Assembly (NCBI GenBank): GCA_947169815.1
Contig: CAMVRG010000001.1
Span: 1-45,196, forward strand
Direction of reading: 5' to 3'
Length of the DNA: 45,196 nt
Source: an uncultured Clostridia bacterium
GTDB lineage: Bacteria; Bacillota; Clostridia; Oscillospirales; Acutalibacteraceae
This document shows, piece by piece, positions 17,429-27,109 of this stretch (its first letter is position 1; each line of letters begins with the position of its first letter). The notes below the pieces were generated by a model, which saw only the letters and a list, made by a program, of their open reading frames with translations, was not told the origin of the DNA and did not search any database. The position numbers and the translations under genes were made by a program.

Positions 17429-17458
17429 ACTTATAAACTTAAAAAGCATTTACTGTTG

Positions 17459-18475
17459 TCAGTTTGACTTTGAGAAAAGCGCTTTTATGTTCGCACCTTT
17501 CAATACGAAAATCTCTCTTGAAATTATCATAAGAACGAACGAGAAGGTTCCGCCCATAAGTACGTCGCTCATAAAATGGGCGCCTACCATAATACGGCTG
17601 AGAGCGACAATGCCCGTAAAAACAACGGGAATTATCCAGAAGAGCGCGCGAACGCTCTTTTTCTTCGGATTAAGAGTTGAATTGAGCATTATCAGCGCGT
17701 ATGAAGTTCCCGCGGCGCCCGTGTGACCGCTCGGGAAGGATTTATTAGCGTCGGTATGGCCGAAAACCGAGGTCATAAGCTCGTCGCTTACGCTGTGACC
17801 TTTAAGCTCATACCACCTTGAAAAAGCAGGAAAGCCGATTGTTTCGTCGTCGGGCTTAACGTTCATCGCGCGGAAGCGAAGCCGTCCGAACGCGTCTTTA
17901 AAGCCGAGATTAATTCCGATAGTTGATACCGCGGCAAATACTATCGTTGCAACCGCGAATTTTACAAGCACCCGAAGCGATTTGTCAGAAAAATTATTAA
18001 CGGCGAGAATACCGAGAACGGCGAATACAATTCCGAAAAAGAGATATGTAGCGTGAAGATAAGCGCCCGTAGTAAGCTCAACGTCCATGCCGAAAAGAAT
18101 ATGGGGCTTAAGGCGGTTAAATACTATCATACTGAGAACATAGCCGGGGGCTACCGAAAACGCGCCCGCTACCGTCATAAGAACTATCCTCTTAGTCTTA
18201 TCAAGAAGGCGGAAGGCATATACAAAAAGAATGTCAATGGAAAACGCGAGCATAATCTCAACGGGACTGTCTCCTATTATTTCAAAAAAGGCGCCGAAGG
18301 CGTTATTGGTATCGTACTGACCGGGGGCAAGTATTCCCTTCGTAAGAAAGCGGCTTATATCAAGGTCGAAAAACGTAGCGATAATAAGCAGCGCTCCGAA
18401 AACGGCGCAGAAAAGCGCGCAGGAAATAATTACTCTTGATTTTTGTGATAATGCTTTTTTTACTGTCTGGCTCAT
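17459..18475 (-). CDS. PAP2-family membrane phosphatase
   Basis: K...GRLR, SFPSGH, SRIMVGAHFMSDV. Confidence 0.9.
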   Translation of the reverse strand: MSQTVKKALSQKSRVIISCALFCAVFGALLIIATFFDLDISRFLTKGILAPGQYDTNNAFGAFFEIIGDSPVEIMLAFSIDILFVYAFRLLDKTKRIVLMTVAGAFSVAPGYVLSMIVFNRLKPHILFGMDVELTTGAYLHATYLFFGIVFAVLGILAVNNFSDKSLRVLVKFAVATIVFAAVSTIGINLGFKDAFGRLRFRAMNVKPDDETIGFPAFSRWYELKGHSVSDELMTSVFGHTDANKSFPSGHTGAAGTSYALIMLNSTLNPKKKSVRALFWIIPVVFTGIVALSRIMVGAHFMSDVLMGGTFSFVLMIISREIFVLKGANIKALFSKSN

Positions 18476-18552
18476 AATATACGCTCCATATTAAGATATA
18501 ATCAGTATAAAACATATTTGTCAAACAATCAAGAACGAGTTAGTATTTTCTC

Positions 18553-18581
18553 TTGAAATCGTCATAGCGGCGGTGTATAAT
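18553..18581 (+). promoter_or_regulatory. Sigma-A promoter
   Basis: TTGAAA-17 nt-TATAAT. Confidence 0.75.
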
Positions 18582-18587
18582 ATTTTT

Positions 18588-18732
18588 GCAGGTTTTGTAC
18601 TAACGGAATCGGGTGAGAATCCCGGGCAACCGCCATTACCGTATCTGATGAAGATTTTTCAGAGCCATTGGGAAACCGAGAAGGCGAAAAATTGCGCGGA
18701 AATACCGCTTTATCACAAGCCGGGAGACGAGT
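18588..18732 (+). promoter_or_regulatory. Cobalamin riboswitch
   Basis: GGAATCGGGTGAGAATCCCG, ACCGTA, GCCATTGGGAAACCGAGAAGG and B12-box-like AAGCCGGGAGAC. Confidence 0.88.
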
Positions 18733-18814
18733 ACGAACCTAATTCACGCTTTCGGGCAAGGGGAAAGTAATGAATTGCTGCGCTTTTTTATGGCGCAAAA
18801 ATATTCAGCTCCTT

Positions 18815-18840
18815 TCTCTGCTCGTGCAGAGACTTTTTTT
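18815..18840 (+). terminator. Riboswitch attenuator terminator
   Basis: TCTCTGC-TCGT-GCAGAGA-CTTTTTTT before the RBS. Confidence 0.75.
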
Positions 18841-18859
18841 ATATTAAAGGAGGTAAAAA

Positions 18860-20872
18860 ATGAAAAAAGTACTATCAATATTTTTGTCGTTTGTAATGGC
18901 TGTGACAAGTCTTACAATGGCGACAGCCGTTTTTGCAGCGGACGCAAAAACAGTAAACGTTGAATTCAGCGTATATGACGGCGGATTATTTACGATGTCC
19001 CCCGAAATCATAGAGGTAAGCGCTGACGCCGACGACAAGTACGCCGCTGCTATCGGCTATAACGACGCGGACGGCGGGGTAACCGTATACGATGCGGTTA
19101 TTACTGCGCACGTAGCTATGTTCGGCGACGACTTTATGGACTATGCGCCTATTGAATATTCGGGCGGAATGTTAAAAAAGTCCTTCGGTGAGGAAACGAC
19201 CGCGCTTTCATACCGCATTAACGGCGCTATGGACGACGGAAGCGGTAATTACTATAACCTTGATACCGTACTTAAGGACGGCGACTCGGTTGAGTATATG
19301 TTCTATCAGGACGCTTACTACGGAGATAAGTATACCCGCTTTGATAAAAGAAGGGTAAGCCTTCACACTGGCGATAGCCTTACACTTAACCTGAAGGTTG
19401 AGACCTACGACGAAAACTGGCAGCCGGTAATGCTTCCCGCGGCGAATATGAGCGTTTATATCGACGGCGTTGAATACGGCAAAACCGATGCAAACGGAAA
19501 CTTTACGCATAAGTTTAATACAGTAGGCGAAATGGGAATTACGGTTCGCGGACAGTATTCTGACGAATATGACGATTATGAAATCTTCGCTCCCTACTGT
19601 ACGGTAACCGTTACAACGAAGCTTTACGATTACGTTCAAAAGCAGGAGGCGGCTGCCGCTAAAAAGCTCTTTGGCGATAAGAAGGAATTTACCGTTGACG
19701 ATTCATATAGCCTCGTAACCCTTATCAATTCGGGCTACGACGTTAGCGCTTATTCTGAAAAATACGCCGAGAGCGTTAAGGCTAACCTTGATACAAACAG
19801 CGGAAAGCTCATTCCGTCTTCAACAGGCAAGGAGGATTTAGGCTTTTACGGAGCGGTAATTATCTGTCTTCATGAGCTTGGCTACGATACTACCGATTTT
19901 TATTCATATAATATCGAAAGCATTATGGAAAGCCTTGATATCGTTGCGGCGAGAACTCATCAGTACCATTATCAGTACGCAATTCAAACCGCTACTCCCG
20001 ACAGGGCAAGGGCGATTATTGACGACCTTATCGCTACTTATTATACCAAGGGCAAGGGTATGGAGAATTACGGCTATTCCTGCGACAACGCCTGTAAGTT
20101 CCTTATTGCTGTAGCGCCCTATGCTGACGAATATAAGGAATACGTTGACGACGCAAAGACGGTTATTAAATCATATCTCTTAAAGGACGGAGCGTTCTGC
20201 GACCCCGTATGGAGCAAAAACGCCAACGGCGATTCAACCGCGCTTTCAATGGCTGCGTTTGCAAGCGTTAACGACGTTAAGACGGCGTTTGGCTATTATA
20301 AACTTCTTACGGAAAACTTTGAAGCAGGCACGGGACTTTTCTCGTTTGAAAAGGGCGGAAAGTATAACGAATGTGCAACAAACGACGCTCTTTTCTCGCT
20401 TTATTATTTTGAAAACGCGATAGTTGAAAACAGCTTCGAGCATCCCGAACATATCAATACCGTAATAAAGGGCTATCCCGCAACCTTTAAAAAGGCAGGT
20501 AAGACCGACGGCTGCTGCTGTAAGGTGTGCGGATATAAAGTTGCGCAGAAGGCTATCCCGAAGCTTAAAGCCGCAAGCCTCAAGAAAGTTAAGAAGGGTA
20601 AGAAATCCTTTGTTGCAACATGGAAAAAGGTTAAAGGTATTGACGGCTATCAGATTCAGTACTCTACAAATAAGAAATTCAAAAAGAAGGTTAAGGGTAA
20701 GAAGCAGGTAGTTAAAAAGGTAAAGGTTAAGAAAGCAAAGACAACAAAGAAAAAGATTAAAAAGCTTAAATCAAAAAAGACCTACTATGTAAGAATCCGC
20801 GCATATAAAAAGATTAACGGTAAGGTTCAGTATTCAAAGTGGTCAAAGGTTAAAAAGGTAAAAACAAAATAA
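18860..20872 (+). CDS. Putative cobalamin-binding surface protein (DUF4430-like, Ig-like, alpha/alpha, Lys-rich FN3 tail)
   Basis: Signal peptide; VYDA...YRING...LKDGDSV; N.DSTA helical motifs; WKKVKGIDGYQIQYS...KTYYVRIRAY; lies under the B12 riboswitch. Confidence 0.7.
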   Translation: MKKVLSIFLSFVMAVTSLTMATAVFAADAKTVNVEFSVYDGGLFTMSPEIIEVSADADDKYAAAIGYNDADGGVTVYDAVITAHVAMFGDDFMDYAPIEYSGGMLKKSFGEETTALSYRINGAMDDGSGNYYNLDTVLKDGDSVEYMFYQDAYYGDKYTRFDKRRVSLHTGDSLTLNLKVETYDENWQPVMLPAANMSVYIDGVEYGKTDANGNFTHKFNTVGEMGITVRGQYSDEYDDYEIFAPYCTVTVTTKLYDYVQKQEAAAAKKLFGDKKEFTVDDSYSLVTLINSGYDVSAYSEKYAESVKANLDTNSGKLIPSSTGKEDLGFYGAVIICLHELGYDTTDFYSYNIESIMESLDIVAARTHQYHYQYAIQTATPDRARAIIDDLIATYYTKGKGMENYGYSCDNACKFLIAVAPYADEYKEYVDDAKTVIKSYLLKDGAFCDPVWSKNANGDSTALSMAAFASVNDVKTAFGYYKLLTENFEAGTGLFSFEKGGKYNECATNDALFSLYYFENAIVENSFEHPEHINTVIKGYPATFKKAGKTDGCCCKVCGYKVAQKAIPKLKAASLKKVKKGKKSFVATWKKVKGIDGYQIQYSTNKKFKKKVKGKKQVVKKVKVKKAKTTKKKIKKLKSKKTYYVRIRAYKKINGKVQYSKWSKVKKVKTK

Positions 20873-20885
20873 TAAAAAGGGAGGC

Positions 20886-21968
20886 TTAGCCTCCCTTTTT
20901 ATTATTCGTTAAACTGTTTATGAGCCTGCTGTATCGGGTTACGTCCATTAGCTTCTGAATCAGCCATGCAATGCAGTAGCTTATTACAAGAAGAACGAGG
21001 AATATCAGCACGGGATATTTAAAGGAATAAATAAAGCCGTGAAAATAATAAAAGTATATAAAGGTATGGAACATAAAAATCAGACCGCTCTTTTTCCCGA
21101 GCTCTTCAAGTATTTTGCTTAAAACGGGGATTTTTGAAATCCCGAAAAAGATAAGGAGAATAATTGAAAAGCCGAAAAGAAAGTCGATTTTCATTCGGTT
21201 ATCTTTCAGTGTAAGCCTGAACATAGCTATTGCGACAGTAAAAACAAGGCTTACGGTTATCTGAAGAAAGCTTTTGGTTATAAGCTTTGAAATTCTTTCA
21301 AAAAGCTGTCTTTCAGACGCGTACATTCCAAGTATGAACGGCACTATCCAGAGAGCGTAGCTTCTTAGCTCAATTTTTGAAAAGCTGAGAAGAAGCGCAA
21401 GACCGAGAAGAAGCTCGGCGGAGTAGTTCATAAGCCTGTGGAGAAGGGGATAGATGAGATAAAATACAATTATTATACTCATATACCACCAGGTTGCGTT
21501 CATTGTATTACTCATCCATTCGCGCGATACAAAAAACGAGAGCCCGAAAAAGTCGCTTATATAATTAATAGGATTAGAATTATAAACCTCAATAAAGCTT
21601 CTTCCGAACAAAAGCCCGAGCGGAACGAAAATAATATAGATAACCCAGAACGGCGCCCATAGCTTCAGCAGTCTGTTTTTAATAAATCTTAAATCCGAAA
21701 CGGGCCCTTTATTTTCGTCGGTTTTACGGTATTTTGAGAAGCTTTTATGTATTCCGTATCCGCTGAGAATAAGAAACATCGAAACGCATACCTTACATAA
21801 AACGGATATAAATGCGCTCAGCGGTATTCCGTCAACCGAGAAAAAGGAAACGTAGTTTCCGTAGCTTTCGGGGTTATTATAGAATAGATGATGCCACAAA
21901 AGAAACATAATTGCGACGCCCTTTGAAATATTGGTTTGTCTGATATTAAAAGTCAGTTTATTGCTCAT
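20886..21968 (-). CDS. Acyltransferase-3 family membrane protein
   Basis: KGVAI....HH, VSMFLILSGYG, RLLKL, WWYM..Y.IYP. Confidence 0.88.
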   Translation of the reverse strand: MSNKLTFNIRQTNISKGVAIMFLLWHHLFYNNPESYGNYVSFFSVDGIPLSAFISVLCKVCVSMFLILSGYGIHKSFSKYRKTDENKGPVSDLRFIKNRLLKLWAPFWVIYIIFVPLGLLFGRSFIEVYNSNPINYISDFFGLSFFVSREWMSNTMNATWWYMSIIIVFYLIYPLLHRLMNYSAELLLGLALLLSFSKIELRSYALWIVPFILGMYASERQLFERISKLITKSFLQITVSLVFTVAIAMFRLTLKDNRMKIDFLFGFSIILLIFFGISKIPVLSKILEELGKKSGLIFMFHTFIYFYYFHGFIYSFKYPVLIFLVLLVISYCIAWLIQKLMDVTRYSRLINSLTNNKKGG

Positions 21969-21981
21969 AATAATTCTTACC

Positions 21982-23529
21982 TTAATTTGGTAATGATATT
22001 CTTATTTTTCTTTTAATAATAAGAAATATGAGTATTACCGCTGAGGCTGAAACTGCCGCAATTGCAAAAATCATTCCAAAATCCGAATTTCCTGTAGCAG
22101 GCGAGGTTTTTGAGGTGTCCCTTTTCTCTGAGGAAGTACCGCTATCGCTTTCTTTTTCCTCTTTTTCCGTTGCAGTCTCAATGAGGGCGTACGGGCTGAA
22201 ATGGTCTGTCCAGAATGCCAGATAATCTTTTCCGTCGATGGTTATTACGCTTTCTTCAAACTCAACATCAGCACCTGCCATCACCAGAACCGCTTCCAAA
22301 TCCTTTTTATCCCAACCATCTGGAATCTGTATCAGAACTCTGACCTTGCCGGCTATTTCTCCGCTGATTTTTTCATTTTTAGCGTTATACAGTTCTATTT
22401 CAAAGAACGCTACGTTTTCAACCTTGTGAGTGTCGTCCAAATTAGCCAGAAGTTCGTTGTATCTTGCGGAGCCCGGTTCAATCGATTTGACCTTTAACTC
22501 TACGCCTTCGGGCAGAACCTTATACGGGTCCTGTAAAATAGTTTTCAGTTTCTGCCCGTTAAAGGCAGTCATACTTTCACCGACTCCGATTTCTTCTTTT
22601 TTTGTATCAAGGCACTTTTCGCACCGGTACTCGGCGCTGACAGGTCCGATGGTGGCGGGCATAACTTCCCATTGATGTCCACCTTGCGAAGCCGTTTGAT
22701 ATTCGCTCGAGCACGCAACGCATTTGGCTTTTCCTTCGCAGTTTGCCGTGCCGCCGTAATGCGCTTCGCCGTATTGGCAAACGGTGCATTTATGCTGATT
22801 GGCATTGTTTGCGTCGGGCTGCCATTTGTGCTGTTCCTTGTAAGAGCATTTTGTGCATATATGCTCAGAATAGTTCTTATCGTTTACTTTAAAATCGTGC
22901 GCTTCCGTTGTATTGCAGCGTGAGCACTTATGCTGAGCGGAGTTGCTGCTGTCCTTTTCCCAGTTGTGAATATAGGTGAAGGTGCCGCCCGGGGTTTCTG
23001 TTAACGAAGACGGAGCGCCTCCGTCATCGCCCATACCGATTACGGCGTATTCGATTTTGAAGCTGTCGCCGTCGGTAACAATACCGGTGTCTTTGAACAA
23101 TCCCTTGTCAAAATTACACGGAATAGTTATCGAGTTCAGGCTTTCGCAATCAATAAATGCGCTCATACCGATAGAGGTCAGTTTCGTACACTCCGACAAA
23201 TCAAGAGATGTAAGCGCTGTGCAGCTGCCGAAAGCACTGTCAGAGAGTGCTGTTACGCTATAGCTTTTACCGTCGTGCTGAACCGTATCCGGAACCTTTA
23301 TTTTGGTAATCGTTTCGGGGTCAAGATTTTCATTGAACGCCGCCTTTACGGTACAGTCGTCGCTGCTGCTTCCCTCAGAGGTAACAAGATAGATAAGATT
23401 CCCTTCCTCAATAAAGTCGTCAATCGCCGCCATTGCCGTAAAAGGCACGCTCATCGCTATCAGCACTACCGCTAACAGAAATGACAGTAACGCCCTGACG
23501 GGTTTTGCTAAGATTATTGCACTTTTCAT
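21982..23529 (-). CDS. Surface protein with BspA-type LRRs, HxCxxC repeats and an SPATG sortase-like signal
   Basis: Signal peptide; AFxxCxxL repeats; DHFSPYA; SPATG + TM + basic tail. Confidence 0.8.
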   Translation of the reverse strand: MKSAIILAKPVRALLSFLLAVVLIAMSVPFTAMAAIDDFIEEGNLIYLVTSEGSSSDDCTVKAAFNENLDPETITKIKVPDTVQHDGKSYSVTALSDSAFGSCTALTSLDLSECTKLTSIGMSAFIDCESLNSITIPCNFDKGLFKDTGIVTDGDSFKIEYAVIGMGDDGGAPSSLTETPGGTFTYIHNWEKDSSNSAQHKCSRCNTTEAHDFKVNDKNYSEHICTKCSYKEQHKWQPDANNANQHKCTVCQYGEAHYGGTANCEGKAKCVACSSEYQTASQGGHQWEVMPATIGPVSAEYRCEKCLDTKKEEIGVGESMTAFNGQKLKTILQDPYKVLPEGVELKVKSIEPGSARYNELLANLDDTHKVENVAFFEIELYNAKNEKISGEIAGKVRVLIQIPDGWDKKDLEAVLVMAGADVEFEESVITIDGKDYLAFWTDHFSPYALIETATEKEEKESDSGTSSEKRDTSKTSPATGNSDFGMIFAIAAVSASAVILIFLIIKRKIRISLPN

Positions 23530-23715
23530 AATTCACTCCTCCTGATTATTTTTACTTACAAAATAATTATAGCTTAATTTGGATTTAAATTCAACAATAA
23601 TAAATTGCTTTCGTTTTTAAAGATTTACAGAAATTCTCAGTTTCTCTTTTACATATGTCCCTTATTTATGTGCAAAATATTACAGTAACAATTATGAAAT
23701 CAAAGGGTGAGAATT

Positions 23716-24252
23716 ATGAAAGCAACAGGAATAGTGAGAAGAATAGACGACCTCGGAAGAGTCGTTATACCAAAAGAAATCCGCCGCTCATTCCGTATCA
23801 AAGAGGGCGACCCGCTGGAAATATATACCGACGCGGAGGGCGAGGTAATCTTTAAAAAGTATTCGCCGATAGGGGAGCTGTCCTCGTTTGCGTCTCAGTA
23901 CGCCGAGGTTCTTCATAAAAGCGCGGGGCTTCCTATCGCGATTATGGATAACGACCACGTAATCGCCTGCTCGGGTATAAGCAAGCGCGAGGTTCTTGAA
24001 AGGCGGGTTACAAGAAGCCTTGAAGAGCTTATGGAACAGCGCCAGATTCACATTAAAACCGATACGGTTCCGCCTCTGAACGCGATTGAGGGTTACAGCC
24101 GCCCCGCCGACATCGTTTATCCGATAATCTATGGCGGAGACGTAAGCGGAGCAATTGCTATGCTTGAGGACGAAAAGCATACTATGCCTTCCGAATCAGA
24201 TATAAAGCTCGTTCAGGTTGCCGCTGCGTTTTTGGGTAAGCAAATGGAATAG
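23716..24252 (+). CDS. spoVT: Stage V sporulation protein T
   Basis: MKATGIVRRIDDLGRVVIPKEIRR...AAAFLGKQME. Confidence 0.95.
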   Translation: MKATGIVRRIDDLGRVVIPKEIRRSFRIKEGDPLEIYTDAEGEVIFKKYSPIGELSSFASQYAEVLHKSAGLPIAIMDNDHVIACSGISKREVLERRVTRSLEELMEQRQIHIKTDTVPPLNAIEGYSRPADIVYPIIYGGDVSGAIAMLEDEKHTMPSESDIKLVQVAAAFLGKQME

Positions 24253-24362
24253 ACTTTGTGCAAGTTATACAAAAACTTTTCGCGTTCTTTGTGCATTGTA
24301 GATAAAAGGCAGAAACTTGAAAAAAGGCTTGCATTTTGAAAAAAAGGGTATATAATAATGCT

Positions 24363-24517
24363 CAACACGAGGGACAACGGCTGATAAATAACTGAGCCAC
24401 CCTCGATTACATAACCCTGCCAAGGCAGGCAAATAAGCTTTAGATTTTATTTTTACATAAATTTTACTCCATCGAAAAAGAGACTGCAAGCGAAAGCACG
24501 CGGGCTCTTTTTCATTT
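24363..24517 (+). ncRNA. Candidate orphan small RNA (unassigned)
   Basis: TTGCAT-16 nt-TATAAT promoter at 24329-24356; three hairpins; final stem ends in a T-rich tract; no credible ORF. Confidence 0.5.
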
Positions 24518-24562
24518 CGGCGCGAAAAAATAAAACGGAGAGAATATCCTCTCCGTTCAGTT

Positions 24563-25096
24563 TTACTTAAATACTCTTTTATCGAGATTTCTCTTTGAGA
24601 TAGCGTAGTAAAGCGCGGTTCCGAGAACGAGCATAACTCCGAGCTCTCCTATTGCAACATAACTTCCGAGCGTTGCAAAACTTGAGAAGCTGAATGCCTT
24701 AGGGTGTTCAAAAAAGAACTCGATTTCCCAGCCTACTATAATTCCGTTCCAGATTGCGGGCATAAGCATTGAAAGAAGCGGATAGCCCTTAATCTTTACG
24801 TTCCTTAAAAGGTAAATGCAGGTCGTTGCGCCGAGAGTGGCAACTGAGCCGAAAATCATATCAAGCGGAAGTCCCTGACCTATTGAATAGATATTCGAGA
24901 TTATGCAGCCGAGAGTGAGCCCGGGTATTGCATAGGGCGTAAACAGCGCGAGGACATTAAGCGCCTCGGACGCTCTGAACTGAATAGCCGCCGTTGTTGT
25001 ACCCGGGAGAAGAAGTCCCTGAGCGTAGGTAAGCGCGGCGTACATTGCGGCAATTATTGCCGTCTGGGTGATTCTCTGAATCTTAGCATTTTTCAT
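24563..25096 (-). CDS. queT: QueT queuosine-precursor transporter
   Basis: IIAAMYAALT...IQFRASEAL...IPGLTLGC..SN; preQ1 riboswitch upstream. Confidence 0.92.
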   Translation of the reverse strand: MKNAKIQRITQTAIIAAMYAALTYAQGLLLPGTTTAAIQFRASEALNVLALFTPYAIPGLTLGCIISNIYSIGQGLPLDMIFGSVATLGATTCIYLLRNVKIKGYPLLSMLMPAIWNGIIVGWEIEFFFEHPKAFSFSSFATLGSYVAIGELGVMLVLGTALYYAISKRNLDKRVFK

Positions 25097-25107
25097 AATT
25101 CAATTTT

Positions 25108-25148
25108 CTCCTTAGTTTTTTTAGAGCGGGTTGTGCCAAGTACCGCTT
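25108..25148 (-). promoter_or_regulatory. preQ1-I riboswitch
   Basis: - strand AGCGGTACTTGGCACAACCCGCTCTAAAAAAACTAAGGAG: P1 stem, A-rich tail, 3' strand overlapping the RBS. Confidence 0.85.
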
Positions 25149-25255
25149 TGCCGGTTTTCAACCGACTGTGCTATTATAACATATAAATAATTAAATGCAA
25201 GATAAATTTTATTGCGCGGGGAAATAAAATGTGTTAAGATACTATCGGTGATGAT

Positions 25256-26284
25256 ATGAACTGTAAAAACTGCGGAACAAGACTGAGCGATAAGGCGAAG
25301 GTCTGTCCTAACTGCGGAGCTTTCGTCGACGACTCCTCGGGATATACCCTCCTTGCCGCCGACGACAGATATTACGACGTTTATTCGAGCGAAAAAAAGA
25401 AGAAAAAGAACAGTCCCTTTAAGAACTTTCTTATTCTCGTTTTAGTCGTTCTTATCGCGGCGGGCGGAACGTTTTTATATTTCGATAAAATTCAGCCCGC
25501 GCTCAATAAGGCGCCCGAGCTTTCCTTTAACCAGGGAAGCGGCGTAATCAACAGAAACGAAAGAGTTATTTACGTTCTCCTTGACGGCAATTCAAATATT
25601 CAGTATATCCACGGCGTATCGCTTTATAATTACGACCGTACCGAGCACGAGGATATACGCGAGAGCGTGAGCACTGATTATGAGTATACTAAAAATATTG
25701 ATTCAACCTTCAGGGCGATATTCTTCGATATGAAGGATTATAATATCGTCAAGGGCGAAAAGTATACCTATACTTTTGAAATGCAGTTCAGCTTTAACGG
25801 CTCGGATAAGATATATACCTATTACGATACGGTAAGCTTTGACGGCGATATTAAGGACGATGCGTCGGATATAGTATTCGACCACAGCCTCAACGAGGGC
25901 AGCTCCTCTGATAAAAAGAAAGCCGATAATACGGAAAAAGAGGACGGCGGTAACGACTATTCCTTTATTTATAACAGTTACTGGTACACGAGCCCGTCGA
26001 ACGAGGAAAATCAGAGAAACATTTCCGCCTTTAAATTCAATAAGGACAAGACCTATTCGGTAACGCACTACATTAAAAAGGGCGATACCGACTGGACGGT
26101 ATCAAACGAAAACGGAAAGTTTGATATTAAAGACGGCGAGCTGATTTTAAGCATTGAGGGAACATTTACGCCTGACGCGGAAAACGGCGAAATACTTGAA
26201 AAAGCCGACGGTAAAACAACTCAGTCGCTTACAGCGAGAAAGTATAACAGCCTTAAAAACACCGAGGATTTCTTCGGAATGTAA
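25256..26284 (+). CDS. Zinc-ribbon membrane protein with extracellular domain
   Basis: CKNCG...CPNCG, basic stretch, one TM. Confidence 0.8.
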   Translation: MNCKNCGTRLSDKAKVCPNCGAFVDDSSGYTLLAADDRYYDVYSSEKKKKKNSPFKNFLILVLVVLIAAGGTFLYFDKIQPALNKAPELSFNQGSGVINRNERVIYVLLDGNSNIQYIHGVSLYNYDRTEHEDIRESVSTDYEYTKNIDSTFRAIFFDMKDYNIVKGEKYTYTFEMQFSFNGSDKIYTYYDTVSFDGDIKDDASDIVFDHSLNEGSSSDKKKADNTEKEDGGNDYSFIYNSYWYTSPSNEENQRNISAFKFNKDKTYSVTHYIKKGDTDWTVSNENGKFDIKDGELILSIEGTFTPDAENGEILEKADGKTTQSLTARKYNSLKNTEDFFGM

Positions 26285-26291
26285 ACATAAA

Positions 26292-26313
26292 AAAAGCCCC
26301 GCAGGGGGCTTTT
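26292..26313. terminator. Bidirectional terminator
   Basis: AAAAGCCCC-GCAG-GGGGCTTTT. Confidence 0.75.
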
Positions 26314-26315
26314 AT

Positions 26316-26834
26316 TTATACGTTTTTAAGGCTTTTGGCGAGTCTTTTCATAACCTCGCCGTAATTTTTATCGCTTTTTTGAATTTCCTGAAGAATAAGT
26401 CCCGCGGAAGCGCCTGAGCAGTATGAAAGAAAGAATTCAGCCTCCTCGCTTTTAACGCTTTCAGCGCCCTGTCTGTTTGAGAGATAGTTTGTAAGAAAAA
26501 CATAAAAGCTGTTGTTTATAAGATTATATATCATTATACAGTCAGAGCTTTTTATTGCTTTTGTAAGAAGCGTATCGTATCTGTTGAAGAATGAAGCGTA
26601 CATTTCAGCCGATTCGGAAAGCTTTGAATGGCTTATAGCGTCGCATATTTTTTTTGTTTCATTTTCAAACGCCCAGGAAATCATCTTATCAATATCGTCG
26701 AAATGATAATAGAAAGTCTGACGGCTGATGTTGCATTTTTCGACTAAATTTGTAACAGTTATTTTATTGTATTCGTTTTCTTCAACAAGTTTTAAGAATG
26801 CGTTAACAAGCGCAATCTTTGCTTTCGTTGCCAT
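26316..26834 (-). CDS. TetR/AcrR family regulator
   Basis: KITVTNLVEKCNISRQTFYYHFDDI HTH. Confidence 0.92.
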   Translation of the reverse strand: MATKAKIALVNAFLKLVEENEYNKITVTNLVEKCNISRQTFYYHFDDIDKMISWAFENETKKICDAISHSKLSESAEMYASFFNRYDTLLTKAIKSSDCIMIYNLINNSFYVFLTNYLSNRQGAESVKSEEAEFFLSYCSGASAGLILQEIQKSDKNYGEVMKRLAKSLKNV

Positions 26835-27109
26835 ATTTTTTCACCTTTTTTTATATCTTGTTTTTAGTCAGTATTAAGAATATATCATAAATAGACACAA
26901 AAAGCAAGGACAATCTATTTTAAAAATAAAATTTTAATATTTTATGCAACTATGCCGCGATTACAGTATAAATTTTACTTAAATTTTATTATTTTGTCAT
27001 TGAACTTAAATTATAATAGGTGTATAATACGGTATAATGATTTTATATAGTATTTTTTATTGTTTTAAATAATACTATTTAACGTGAATATATTTTTCGG
27101 AGACAGAAT

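Noticed and set aside
24363-24517. Hammerhead, T-box or 6S identity for the orphan RNA
   Set aside because: CUGAUAA is not CUGANGA, there is no UGGNACC T-box, and there is no end-to-end rod pairing.
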